64,000 bases of DNA, taken from contig CBDCYI010000011.1 of NCBI GenBank assembly GCA_965224085.1, positions 448,001-512,000 on the forward strand, given 5' to 3'. Origin of the DNA: Candidatus Marinacidobacterales bacterium. Lineage in GTDB: Bacteria; Acidobacteriota; Vicinamibacteria; Marinacidobacterales; SMYC01. Positions 22,463-33,251 of the stretch are shown here, in pieces. The translations under genes were made by a program, and so were the position numbers. Numbering within the stretch: position 1 is the first letter of the stretch; each line of letters begins with the position of its first letter. A model generated the notes under the pieces. The model saw only the letters and a list, made by a program, of their open reading frames with translations. It was not told where the DNA came from and searched no databases.

Positions 22463-23173
22463 ATGCAGCCCCATGGGCTGTGTCCTTCCCGCGTCGAGTC
22501 ACCACCACGGCCACTGCTCGAGATCGCGGAAATCTTCCGCGAACATGGTCCACGCTTTCGCCAAACCCATGCGCTGACAGCCGAGCAGCGCAAGGTGATG
22601 TGGGCTATAGAGAACTGTCGCACGGCGGTGCTAGGTGGCCATCTCGACGTGTGTAACGCTTGCGGATACGCGGCGCCTTCGTTTAACTCGTGCCGCAATC
22701 GGCACTGTCCCAAGTGTCAGAGCCTAGCCCAGGCGAAGTGGATGGAGCAGCGAGCTCAGAGGATTCTTCCGACTCACTATTTCCACGTCGTTTTCACCCT
22801 CCCGCAGCAACTCAAGCCTCTCGCCCGAGACAATCCCAAGTTCATGTTCAACCTCCTGTTTCGCGCCGCCTCGCGAACTCTATTGGAGTTCGGCCAAAGC
22901 CGGCTCGAAGCTCAACTTGCCTTCACCGCCGTACTGCACACCTGGACCCGGAAGCTCCTGTTCCATCCACACCTGCATTGCATCGTCTCCGGGGGCGGGC
23001 TCAACCACCCTCAGCAGCTGTGGAACGCCGCAAACCCTCGCTTTCTGTTTCCCGTCAAGGCCATGTCGCGGCTTTTTCGCAGCAAGTTTCTCGATGCCCT
23101 TAGGCTCGCTTACGACCAAGATGAGCTTGAGTTGAGCGCAAACGCTTCCCACCTCAGAAACCCACCTCGCTAG
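22463..23173 (+). pseudogene. IS91-family HUH (Y2) transposase, 3' truncated
   Basis: CNACG..SCRNRHCPKC Zn-binding domain, HVVFTLP, HTW..HPHLH HUH; catalytic tyrosines absent. Confidence 0.88.
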
Positions 23174-23437
23174 CAGTCTACGGGCCGGGGATCTGGGAAT
23201 CAAATGAGAGGCAGGTTTCTCGGTTTCTGCTGAATGGGCTTCTGTCGTGACGCCTGGCAGTGAGCCTTGCCTGGCCCATGCGAGACGAGAACTCAAGCGT
23301 GACGACAACCGGATCATCTGCGTGAAGGACGGCATCGTCGCTCGGCGCGACTCGAGCGATCGAGCCAGTTGAAGACGCGGCGAAATCTAGATACTATGCT
23401 TGAAGGGCGCCGATATAGGACTCGTCCTATTTGAGCT

Positions 23438-23878
23438 ATGAGTACACACCTGGGTCCAGAAGCGAGCTACGGTCAGAGAAGTAGCGAGACCAATGCTCCG
23501 GCGGAAAGCGACGAGCGCTGGCTCCCGCGGCGTTGCACGCTCGACGGCTTTCGCGAGGAGGCCGACGGTAGTGACGGGATGGACTTGAGCGAGCTGGAGC
23601 CTCTCACGCGGTTGAAGGTGCAGACGCACAATACCCTTTACAAATTGACCATCCTCAGTCCCTGGGAGGCGAAAGTCATTGTTCAGGGTGGACAGTTTTT
23701 CGCCGAGCCCGCCGAAGCAAACCTCTGCGGATCCAGCTACGGCGGCTGTATGCTCAAGACACGCTGGATCGGGCTCGGGATGCGGATGGAGATTTACGGC
23801 AAACAAGGACCCATCGTGACCTCACCGGTCCGCTCCGTGCAGACCGAAGACGATTCGTCGCTCCCCGGTCCTTTCTAG
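23438..23878 (+). CDS. Hypothetical protein
   Basis: Plausible 146-aa ORF (GGQFFAEP, GSSYGG..IGLGMRMEI). Confidence 0.6.
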   Translation: MSTHLGPEASYGQRSSETNAPAESDERWLPRRCTLDGFREEADGSDGMDLSELEPLTRLKVQTHNTLYKLTILSPWEAKVIVQGGQFFAEPAEANLCGSSYGGCMLKTRWIGLGMRMEIYGKQGPIVTSPVRSVQTEDDSSLPGPF

Positions 23879-23879
23879 A

Positions 23880-24080
23880 TACCTTTCGGGCTTTCCATTG
23901 CCCTCTGGAAACGATCTTCGGTCGGTTCAGCGACGCTAGGACCTTCGCCTCGCGTTTGAATCGAGCGAGGCGCCCCGCGTCCTGGGCGAACTCATCACGC
24001 AGGACCTCGATCGCTACGTCCCGACCGAGCTTGGCATCCCGAGCGCGGTAGACTGCGCCCATCGCACCTTTGCCGATGGG
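23880..24080 (-). pseudogene. Ser/Thr kinase N-terminal stub
   Basis: IGKGAMGAVYRARDAKLGRDVAIEVL..RFKREAKVLASLN. Confidence 0.75.
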
Positions 24081-24093
24081 CTCGCGCCTGGGC

Positions 24094-25500
24094 CTAAGGC
24101 TGACTCGTCGGCGCCTCCATCGAGCTCTGCGAGTTCTCGATGAAGCTTTTGACATCCTCCTTGAACTTCCGAAGCATGTCGGGGTGGATGTACATCATGT
24201 GACCTGCTTCGTAGTAGCCCATGCCCACCCGTTCGCGATAGCTCGGCTCGTAGCCGAGGTGGTCGAAGGTCCGCTCCGTAGCGGCGAAGGGCGTTGCCAT
24301 GTCGTAGTAGCCGTTGGTGATGAACACGCGGAGATAAGGGTTGCGCGCCATCGTTCGGCGCAGCTCTTCCAGCAGGTTGAGATAGCGGTTTTGGAACTCG
24401 CCGTAGTCCCACGGCCGGACGTCGCCGCTCGTGAAGTACTGCTCGGCGCTCTCCCACCCGAGCTCGCGCCGCACATAGTTGTTGAAAACAGCCGTATAGG
24501 CTCCCTGGAGCGCAGTGTTCGACGGATCGAATTCCTGCCGCTCGCCCGCGGCGTCGCGATCGGTGGCGGTGAAGCGGCTGTCGAGGCGTCCTACCACCAG
24601 GCGTTGCTTCCGCAAGAGCTCTTTGCGGAAACGGGCCGGGCTGATACGTAAATTCGCTTGCTGGATGTACTCCGGTGACAATCCGGTATAGCGTGCCACC
24701 TTCCGGGCCATGTCGTCCCACTCCTGAGTCGTGAGCCGGTTCCCTTTGTTGAGCGCCACGAGATATTCGCCATAAGCAAAATCGCGAGCCTCGCGTACGG
24801 CTTTGTCGAAATCGGCCTGCAGGTCCGCCGGGAGCTTCTTGTGATACCAGGCCGTCACCGTGTAGGTCGGGAGAAATCCAGGAAATTGCAGATCGTTCGC
24901 GGCGCCGCCCCGAAGCGTGCTGAAGTCAATCACGGAAGAGACGAGGACGATCCCGTTGAGCTCGATGCCGTGGCGTGACTGGAGATGGGCGCCGACACCC
25001 GCCGAGCGGACGGTGCCGTAGCTCTCGCCGAGCAGGTATTTCGGCGATGACCAGCGTTCGAACTTCGTGATGTAGAGGCGGATGAACTCAGAGAACGCTT
25101 CGATGTCTTGACGGACTCCGTGGAACTGTTTGGGGTCTTCACCTTCGGCGGCGCGGCTGAAGCCGGTCGAGATCGCGTCGATCGCCACGATGTCCGTAGT
25201 GTCGAGAAGCGAGTGTTCGTTGTCGACGAGGCGGTAGGGAGGCGAGGGTTGGAAGCCTTCTGCTCCCATGTCGACGCGCTTCGGCCCGAGGACGCCCATG
25301 TGGAGCCAGATGGTGGCAGAGCCGGGACCGCCGTTATAGGCAAAGGTGATCGGCCGGGACGCCAGGTCCGTCGCGCGTGTAGGCGACGAAGAACATGTAC
25401 GCTTTCGGCTTGTCGTCCTCGTGGCGAAGCACGAGCCGGCCTGCCGTTGCCGTGTAGTTCACGTCGGCTCCGCCGATGCGAACGCTGTGAGATGAGCTCG
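24094..25500 (-). pseudogene. S10 serine carboxypeptidase, 5' end frameshifted/missing
   Basis: GESYG, GYYDMATP, YYEAGHMMY catalytic motifs; upstream YNGGPGS. Confidence 0.8.
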
Positions 25501-25644
25501 AGAGTTGATCCTAGGCGGGGGCTGTCGGGCTCGGCGGCTCTGGCGCGTCTTGTTGTGCCGCGACGAGTTGCGCGCCGAGTATGGATGTCGCGACGAGAAG
25601 CAACATTGTGTGGTACATCGACTACCTCCGGAAAAACTGGACCG

Positions 25645-26263
25645 TTACTCGGAGCGATAATACACCGGCTTGGTTGGGAGTGCTTCGATCTCGACGAGCC
25701 GCCCGCTCCGGATGACGTGGCGTAGCTTCCGTATGTTCGTGATGTCCTCGAGCGGGCTTGCATCGAGAACGGCCCGCCCCAGCCGACGATGTTGCCCGCC
25801 ACGGCCATGCGCGAGCCGACCTCGTCCCCGCGGGCGATTTTGTCGCGTACCGTGATGAGAGGAGGCAAGACACCGTAGCTGTCGCGCACCGTGGTGACCC
25901 CGACCTTGAGATGGAGCTGCGAGGCTTCGAGAACGACGTCTTCCTGGCGATCGTGATAGCGGACGAGCGTCTCGTAGCGCTCCGGCGTGTGGCCGCCATA
26001 AAGCGAGAGGTGGACATTGGTGTCGATGAATCCAGGTGTAACGAACTTGCCGCTCCCATCGATTGCGCGCGCGTCGGAGGGGCGGCGGTGTCGCTGCGAC
26101 CAACCGCGGCGATGCGTTCTCCATCGATGATGATCGTTCCGCTCGCGATTGGCGCACCGCCGTTACCGTCGACGATGGTGGCGCCGACGATAGCGAGACG
26201 TTCTTGCCCGTAGGCGGTCCACGTCAATAGAAGCGCCGTACCAATCCAACCCATCCGTTTCAT
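25645..26263 (-). pseudogene. Amidohydrolase remnant with internal deletion
   Basis: Signal peptide, GATIVDGNG, PGFIDTNVH, GVTTVRD, then C-terminal DASPLEDITN in shifting frames. Confidence 0.65.
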
Positions 26264-26547
26264 GGCGTTCTCCTCGACAGCATTTTGCAGTGCGATCATA
26301 AAGGGATCGTCTGGTGAAGAGCCAGGGAACATGCTAGCGTGGTATGGGAGTGAGCGAGGCTCCGTAGGATCCTGAAGTACACTATTGGCTGTTTGGCGCA
26401 TGCGCCCTACCTCATCGCTGACGAAGAATCCGGCTCGGCGGTTGTCGTGAACCATAAGCCGGAAAAAGAGTACCCCATATGAAATTTTTCGAGAGGATCG
26501 AGAACCACGGCTCGAGCAAGTGGGACTTCAAGGACTGATTCGCAGGC

Positions 26548-28233
26548 GTGCTGCAGAAAGATCTTCTTGCCGGGCTGACCGTAGCCTTCGTCGCTTTGCC
26601 GCAGTGCATGGCATACGCGCTGCTCGCTGGCGTGGCGCCCCAATACGGGCTCTATGCCTTCATGGTGGCATCGATCGTGGGCTCGCTCGCGGGCTCGTCG
26701 CGTCACCTACAAACGGGGCCCACGAACGCAAGCTCCATCGTCGCCGCAAGCGCTCTGGCCGTCTATGCGGGACGCGAAGACTTCATGACTCTCGTGTTTC
26801 TCCTGACGCTTCTCTCTGGCCTGTTCCAGCTCCTTTTAGGGCTTCTCAAACTGGGAAACCTTACCCAGCTCGTTTCCAGCTCGGTGTTCCTCGGCTTCAC
26901 CAGCGGCGCCGGCGTTCTCATCGTCGCCAACCAGATTCCTAATCTTCTGGGCCTCCCGGCGAAAGGGAGCGTCTCGGTGATTGGTCAGATCGGCTACGTG
27001 GCTTCGGGCATTGCGGACACGAACCCAACGGTCCTTGCTCTCGGTTTGGGGACGTTCGTGATGGCCCTATTTCTCACCAAGGTAAGCCCAAAGTCGCGCG
27101 CGGGCGCTCCGCTTTTTCCGGCCTACCTATTGGCGATACTCGGTGCGGCGGGCGCGGTGGCCTTTGCCGGATTGCACGAGACCGGCGTCCGGGTGGTCGG
27201 TACCATTCCGGCGTCACTTCCACCGCTGAGCATGCCGGCGTTCAGCTGGGATCTCATCCAGACCCTCGCGCCCGGCGCGATTGCTCTGTCGTTCATCGGC
27301 CTCGCCGAAGCTTTTGCGAGCGCGAAGTCTGTCGCGAGTTTTTCCGGCGATCGCATCGACACCAACCGGGAGTTCGTTGGGCAAGGCATGGCCAAGATCG
27401 TTGTGGCCTTTTTCAGTGGGATTCCGGTATCGGGCTCGCTGACTCGAACCGCTCTCATGTACCAGGCGGGCGCCACGAGCAAGAAGGCGCACGTGTTCTC
27501 GGGCGTCTTGCTCGCCGGGCTCGTCGTAGCACTTGGGCCTGTCACTCGATACATACCCGTGGCCTCACTGGCCGGGATTCTCCTGATCATCGCCGCGAAG
27601 ATGGTCCGCTGGGAACACGTCAAATTGGCCCTCACCGCAACACGCTCCGACGCTCTTGCCTTCCTCGCGACGTTCGCCGCGGCGCTTCTGCTGCCCCTCG
27701 CGGATGCCATCTATGTCGGCGTGGGCGTGTCCCTCGCACTGTTTGTCAGAAGAGCGCGGGTCCCCCGTGTCGTGGAGCTCGTGTACGACGAAAAGAAAGG
27801 GTTTCGTGAGGTGACGGACGCCGCCCAGCGGCCGTGCCCCGAAGTAGCGATCGTCCACGTCGAGGGTCCCTTGTTCTTTGGCGCTGCCGACTATCTCGAA
27901 AAGAAGTGCTTGAAGGTGGCTTCTCGTCCGGAAGTGCAGGCGGTGATTCTGCGGCTCAAGCGAACGGCCGCCCTCGATTCCACGACGCTACTGGCGCTAG
28001 ACAACGTGAGCGCGGCGATGAAGCGCCAGGACAAGCTCCTCATCATCTCGGGCGCGACTCCAGAAGTGGCGGAGCTCTTGCACCGCGTCCATCTGGTCGA
28101 GGTGCTTGGCCCCGAGAACGTTTTCGTCGCGCACGCAACCATCCTCGAATCCACGAAGCAGGCGCTCGACCACGCGCTCGACTACGTAAAAGAGAAGAAG
28201 AGCACCGCACCTAGACAGCCGACCGAACCATGA
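26548..28233 (+). CDS. SulP family anion transporter with STAS domain
   Basis: DLLAGLTVAFVALPQCMAYA, GLYA, TGPT, NREFVGQG, EGPLFFGAA. Confidence 0.92.
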   Translation: MLQKDLLAGLTVAFVALPQCMAYALLAGVAPQYGLYAFMVASIVGSLAGSSRHLQTGPTNASSIVAASALAVYAGREDFMTLVFLLTLLSGLFQLLLGLLKLGNLTQLVSSSVFLGFTSGAGVLIVANQIPNLLGLPAKGSVSVIGQIGYVASGIADTNPTVLALGLGTFVMALFLTKVSPKSRAGAPLFPAYLLAILGAAGAVAFAGLHETGVRVVGTIPASLPPLSMPAFSWDLIQTLAPGAIALSFIGLAEAFASAKSVASFSGDRIDTNREFVGQGMAKIVVAFFSGIPVSGSLTRTALMYQAGATSKKAHVFSGVLLAGLVVALGPVTRYIPVASLAGILLIIAAKMVRWEHVKLALTATRSDALAFLATFAAALLLPLADAIYVGVGVSLALFVRRARVPRVVELVYDEKKGFREVTDAAQRPCPEVAIVHVEGPLFFGAADYLEKKCLKVASRPEVQAVILRLKRTAALDSTTLLALDNVSAAMKRQDKLLIISGATPEVAELLHRVHLVEVLGPENVFVAHATILESTKQALDHALDYVKEKKSTAPRQPTEP

Positions 28234-28340
28234 GACGAGGAATACGAGAACATGGAGCAGCGACGAAATGTAGCTCTTCCGCCCCGTAATCTCAAGTCGG
28301 AGAAGCAGGGTCCATGACTGCGCTCAGGAAAAGCGCTCCC

Positions 28341-28898
28341 TTAGCCACCGGTCGTCACGGGCTCCCCGTGAATGCTGTCATAGCCGAGCTTGACGCGCCG
28401 CCTGGGACCCGTGAGCGAATCGTAGACGTCGCACTGGCTGTAGGGCTTCGAGTATAAGTGCAAGCTTGCCGCGTGCTCGCCGAACTCCACCGGGTTCTCG
28501 ACCGTGTGGATCTCGGCCGGCCCGTCCAAGAAACCAGTAGCGCCGTCCATCGGCTCGCCGACGCGTTCGAGCCTCAAGGGCTCCTCGGAGAGAATACTGT
28601 AATTCGAGAATCGCAGTTTTCCGCGCTCGACGCGTGCCCAACAGAGCTCTCCCTCATGGCCATGAATGGGGGCGCCTTGGCCCAAAGCCCAGCAAACGAT
28701 GAGGAGCTCGAAGTCGTCATCTTTGTGGATGAGATGTCTAGTATAGCGGTCTTCACAATAGGACACGTATGGATCGAGGGCGGCCTCGTCCAAGAGAGTT
28801 TGCGTTAAATAAGCATCGACTTCTTCTTTCGGGAAGTTGCGACCCGCGAAAGACTTCAGATCGTTCAATAACTCCTCGACGGCCACGTGACGCTGCAT
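28341..28898 (-). CDS. Cysteine dioxygenase family protein
   Basis: YTRHLI, CW..GQGAPIHGH, IHTVEN, SLHLYS. Confidence 0.85.
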   Translation of the reverse strand: MQRHVAVEELLNDLKSFAGRNFPKEEVDAYLTQTLLDEAALDPYVSYCEDRYTRHLIHKDDDFELLIVCWALGQGAPIHGHEGELCWARVERGKLRFSNYSILSEEPLRLERVGEPMDGATGFLDGPAEIHTVENPVEFGEHAASLHLYSKPYSQCDVYDSLTGPRRRVKLGYDSIHGEPVTTGG

Positions 28899-29455
28899 CT
28901 ACACTCCTATCTTTGTTGTCCAATCAAAAGAAATGGCGAAGCGGACATTTGGATCAAACGGCATTTGTGCGCGCATTGTCAAGGGCATAGGAGCAGTGCT
29001 ACTCGCACGATCATTGTGGAGTACGTAGAGCGAACGTTCGACAGGATCGTTCGCAGACTTCTATGAGCGGCCGGCTGGCCATGTGAGTGGCTGCCCGCCA
29101 TGCTTGGGCATGGAAAGAACCATTGTTCGCTGACCGTCTAGCGATTGACGTAAACACGATCGACCATCGCGCCGCCGACCAATTGAGGCTCGACGTCTGC
29201 AAGGAGGGCTTTGCGCGCCACGACGACTCCGGGGGAGCCTCGCATAGGTCTTATGTCCCGAGAATACGAGGAAGTCGAAGTCGCGCTCCCCGGGAGAATG
29301 GCCGCGCATTTGGATGGGCACGTGAGCTGTCATTCCCCCGCATTGGCCCGAAGGCCAGCCTTCCTGGTCAAATACGCTCACTTGAATCTTTACCAGGAGG
29401 ACCACGGGCGGTGAATGCTCGTTTTCGACTTCACGGGATGCTACAGTAACGATGT

Positions 29456-30045
29456 ATGTCAGCAACCACGCGGCAGGTTCACTATAGCTACGCGGAGTAT
29501 CTCACGCTCGAGATGCATGCCACCGTCCGGCATGAGTATCTCGACGGCGAAATCTACGCGATGGCAGGCGGTTCTCCGGATCATGCCGCCCTAGCCGCTG
29601 CTGTCATCGCCTTGTTGGCGCCACAGCTACCATCCGGCTGCCGGACCTACGATCCGGCTGCCGGGTGTTTACCTCGGACCTACGAGTGCGAATCGTCGAC
29701 AGTGGCTTGTCAACTTACCCAGACGCTGCCGTTGTCTGCGGCGCTACGGAGCGCGCATCGGATGACGGCCTGGCGGTTGTGAATCCCGTGCTTGTCGTCG
29801 AAGTAACGAGCCCTTCAACCGATGCGTATGACCGCGGTGACAAATTGCGCCCCTACAAGTTGCTCGCGAGCGTACGAGAGGTACTCATCGTCTCTCACGA
29901 AGAACCTCGATTGACTCTCCATCGCAAGGAAGGTGACGCGTGGACGACTCTCACGGCTGGTCCTGATGAGAAACTCGCACTCGCGAGGTTCTCGGGCGAG
30001 CTCGCGGTCGACGAGTTATATGGCGCTGGTTTGGAAGACTCCTAG
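29456..30045 (+). pseudogene. Uma2 family endonuclease, frameshifted by a 20-nt insertion
   Basis: RHEYLDGEIYAMAGGS; YPDAAVVC, VVEVTSPST..DRGDK in the second frame. Confidence 0.85.
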
Positions 30046-30246
30046 CCAGAGTTCCGGACTACAGGTGCCACGCTTTTGTCCCAGGTGGAGTTTTTTCGGT
30101 GCACACGCGTGCGGAGACCTCAAGTAGTACTTTAAGTTAACTTCGCCAGGGCGGAGTTCGTCGGGCTAGTTGCGCCGGTGGTGGTGCCCCGGGCGGAGTT
30201 CAGCCAGACAGCTGCCAGCTACGACGGTGCTAGACTCACCCGCGGA

Positions 30247-30726
30247 ATGCCTTTCGAAATTCTCGGAGCCACTCCGGACGACGGTCCCGACCTCATCGAG
30301 CTTTTGCCTCGCCTCGGAGCGTTTCCAAGACCCGCGCACCGATCCCGAGACGAGATCCATCAATCCGATGCGCGCGTTATCCAGAAATGGATCGACGGGG
30401 GCGAGCCCGACTGCGTGATCGTCATCGCGCGTGATGAGGGTGCCACGCGGGCGCTGCTCGGCTTCGCCCTTGCGCGCATGCAGCCGGATGCTATCAATGG
30501 AGAACCGAGCGCACATCTAGAAGCTCTGGCTGTCGCGGACGGTGCCGAAGGCAAGGGCGTCGGCTCAGCGCTAATCGAACGAGGCGAGCAAATCGCGATC
30601 AAAAAGGGAGCGAACACGATGACGCTGCATGTGTTCCCGACGAACCGACGCGCGATCACGCTCTATGAACGCAGGGGCTATTCCGCTGAGTGGATCCGCT
30701 ACATCAAACCGCTCCGCGGAGGGTAG
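30247..30726 (+). CDS. GNAT acetyltransferase
   Basis: AEGKGVGSAL, LHVFPTNRRAITLYERRGY. Confidence 0.8.
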   Translation: MPFEILGATPDDGPDLIELLPRLGAFPRPAHRSRDEIHQSDARVIQKWIDGGEPDCVIVIARDEGATRALLGFALARMQPDAINGEPSAHLEALAVADGAEGKGVGSALIERGEQIAIKKGANTMTLHVFPTNRRAITLYERRGYSAEWIRYIKPLRGG

Positions 30727-30839
30727 AGCTTCTGAATCCCGTGATTCGCAGAAAGCTAGGCTCTTTCTGGTTTTGACGTAGCTCGATAGACCGTCCTATT
30801 CTTTTTCCGGACGTACTTCGGTGATATCGTGGGGCTCCA

Positions 30840-31160
30840 ATGGCCCTCACCGCTGGTACGTGCCTAGGACCATACGAAATCCTCGCGCCTATCGGCGCTG
30901 GAGGAATGCACGAGCTCTACTAGGCGCAGGATACGCGTCTGAATCGCATCGTCGCGATCAAGGTCCTTCCCGAACACCTCGCCGAAAGTCCTGAAGCGAA
31001 AACATCATGCTCGTGGTACGGGTCACCACCGAGCCGAGCTTCGCTGCAGAGGCAGCGGTGGAGCTATTCGACGGACCTTGTCTCGACGCGCTTGGCCGCT
31101 ACTACGATGTCGCGCTCGACGGCAGGTTTTTGATGGTAAAGCCCGGTTGGCTGAGCGCTC
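30840..31160 (+). pseudogene. Ser/Thr kinase-TolB gene collapsed to N- and C-terminal stubs
   Basis: [43 protein letters not shown] joined to LF..YDVALDGRFLMVK. Confidence 0.7.
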
Positions 31161-31241
31161 GCCGAGGTCGCGCCAGAACGCGACGGACTTGCCCCAATTG
31201 TGGGTTTCGACGATGAGACCTTCGATACCATTACTGCTCAT
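31150..31241 (-). pseudogene. VOC/glyoxalase N-terminal fragment
   Basis: MSSNGIEGLIVETHNWGKSVAFWRDLG. Confidence 0.5.
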
Positions 31242-31407
31242 TTTCTGGCTCCTTCTCCTCGCCGTTTGATGGGTCGCCGAGGTATTCAAGCAAAGCCGCG
31301 ACCACACATGCGAAGAGCGATTGCTCAGTATCAACCGCGTGGTGTTTCAATCGACGGATCAGCGTGACCGGGAGGTAGACGTTGAACTGCTTGACCTCCG
31401 CGTCCAT
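31231..31407 (-). CDS. Small RHH/CopG regulator (58 aa; below the ORF-track cutoff)
   Basis: Manual translation MDAEVKQFNVYLPVTLIRRLKHHAVDTEQSLFACVVAALLEYL... Confidence 0.7.
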   Translation of the reverse strand: MDAEVKQFNVYLPVTLIRRLKHHAVDTEQSLFACVVAALLEYLGDPSNGEEKEPENEQ

Positions 31408-31431
31408 ACTATTATACTAGTATAATAGTAT
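31406..31431. promoter_or_regulatory. Perfect 26-bp palindrome ATACTATTATACTAGTATAATAGTAT
   Basis: Self-complementary, contains TATAAT on both strands, abuts the RHH start codon. Confidence 0.7.
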
Positions 31432-31534
31432 AATAGGAAAGAAACGCAACCTCTCGCGAGAAGGGCTTCTCATGGGGCGTTGGTGCCAGCTTCATCGCGG
31501 CAAGGCTCTTCGTGAAACGCACTTGGAGGCAAGA

Positions 31535-31912
31535 GTGGCAAACGTCAGGTACATGGTCAGCAACACCGAGTCGGCGGTAGCTTTCTATACCAACCACCTC
31601 GGTTTCGAGCTCAAGAAGAATTTCGGCCGTTTCGCTATGGTCACTCTAGGAGACTTGACCCTATGGCTCAGCGACCCCAAAACCTCGGCACGCAGACCGA
31701 TGTCCGACGGGCGCGAGCCTGAGCCGGGCGGTTGGAATCGCATCTTCGTCGAGGTCGATGACCTGGAGTCCACCGTCGAGAGACTTGGACGGGCCGGAGT
31801 TCACTTCCGCAACGAGATTGTCAGCGGCGTGGGTGGCAAGCAGGTCTTAATCGAAGACCAAGATGGTAACCCGATAGAGGTGTTCGAGGCTTCCCCGGAC
31901 CGTCCAACTTAG
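31535..31912 (+). CDS. VOC family protein
   Basis: VRYMV..AVAFYT, PGGWNRI, VSGVGGKQVLIEDQDGNPIE; RBS GGAGG. Confidence 0.85.
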   Translation: MANVRYMVSNTESAVAFYTNHLGFELKKNFGRFAMVTLGDLTLWLSDPKTSARRPMSDGREPEPGGWNRIFVEVDDLESTVERLGRAGVHFRNEIVSGVGGKQVLIEDQDGNPIEVFEASPDRPT

Positions 31913-32246
31913 ATACACGATACGCTGCTCTGCCGACGAGATGATCGTGTGTCTCGGCTACCCGGGCGAAAAGCAAGCGATTATGCGCTCGGCGAGCAAA
32001 GCGAAGGTGACGTAGCAGAGCCTCACCCACTGGGAGCGCTTCGAGGTTTGAACGGTTTTTTCAGTGGCCGCCTCCTCCGGGTGGCCTTTCCGCCGCGCCG
32101 CGTCACGAAGGTTTGAATCCGCCATAGCAGACTCGCCGCGTACCGACCCAGTTTCCGGGCGCCGCCGGTTGGGTTAGACTACGCCCCTCCGAGTCCGCTC
32201 GCGCCGGGTTGGGCCGGAACACGAAATTTTACGAAGGAGGTGAGGG

Positions 32247-32642
32247 TTGGGCAAGTACATGGGTTGGACTCGAATCTATCTCGTCGTCTTGACCGTACTG
32301 GTCGTACTGCGCTTCGTGTTGGAAGCGGCCGGAGTGGACAGCGGTGTAACGTCCGAGCTGAGCGTCACTCGGCTCTACCTCGTCCTCCCGGTTTTTCTAG
32401 GCATTCGCTTTGCAACCGAGAAGCTCGGCGGAATCAAGGAGATGGTCTTTGCGAACTTCACGTATTTTGCGTGGGGGACGGTGCTCGTGAACCTCGCAGC
32501 CGGTCTCGAAACGGTCTTCGATCTGGGTACACATTACATTTTCACGGGTCTCGTGGCGTTTCCCGTGGTTCTCGTTGTGGGTACGCTCATCCTGTCGATC
32601 GTTTGCTGGATTTCTACCTTAGTGAATCGCAAGCTCGCCTAG
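32247..32642 (+). CDS. Hypothetical membrane protein (4 TM)
   Basis: RBS AAGGAGG; hydrophobic helices. Confidence 0.6.
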   Translation: MGKYMGWTRIYLVVLTVLVVLRFVLEAAGVDSGVTSELSVTRLYLVLPVFLGIRFATEKLGGIKEMVFANFTYFAWGTVLVNLAAGLETVFDLGTHYIFTGLVAFPVVLVVGTLILSIVCWISTLVNRKLA

Positions 32643-32750
32643 ATTTCTGCGATGAAGGACAAATACTCTAAGGCGGGGGAGCGCGCTCGAGAGGGCAATG
32701 TCAAGTTTTGCTTCAAGGCCGATTCGATCCCGAGATAGGGTTGGACGGCG

Positions 32751-33200
32751 CTACCTCGAGCCCCACGATATTGCGGCGTGATTTACCAGCAGCTCACGGG
32801 ATATCGGAAACAGTGCGATGAGGCTTTGGCCGAGGGTAAGTGCTGTCCGGTCATCTGACCGTCGCCTGCTCCAGCGAGTCGGAGCCGCAGAAGAACGGAC
32901 TTTTGGAATTGACCCCGTACGCGGTACAGGTTGTATATTGGGATACGGAGGAGCTCCGGCCCCAAATGATGATCTCGATAATCTGCCCATTCGCGGTTGA
33001 CACCGCCACCTTTGAAAATAGTGACCTCTGTTTCGTAGAACGTGCCGAGCTTGTCGAGGTCCTTCGCATTCAGCGCCTCGTCATACGATGCCGAGAAGTC
33101 TGCGAATATCGTGGCGTCAGACCCATCCTGACCCGCGAGACCGAGCGTCCAGGCCGAAGTAAAAGAGCGCCACGGGCAGCCACAAAACTGAGACTCTGCT
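32751..33200 (-). pseudogene. NTF2/DUF4440-like protein remnant
   Basis: Manual reading YDEALNAKDLDKLGTFY..VTIFKGGGVNREWADYRDHHLGPEL, then frame breaks. Confidence 0.5.
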
Positions 33201-33251
33201 CGTTCTTATCATCAGCCTTGCCTCCAAATCACCCGAACGCACGACATCGAG

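Noticed and set aside
26479-26547. In-frame TGA (26536-26538) upstream of SulP as another Sec codon
   Set aside because: Variable N-terminal region, no expected Cys or redox motif, no convincing hairpin; the GTG start or a nonsense change explains it
30115-30145. dif/Xer-like site (TTAAGTTAACT)
   Set aside because: Only one arm resembles XerD; no matching XerC arm
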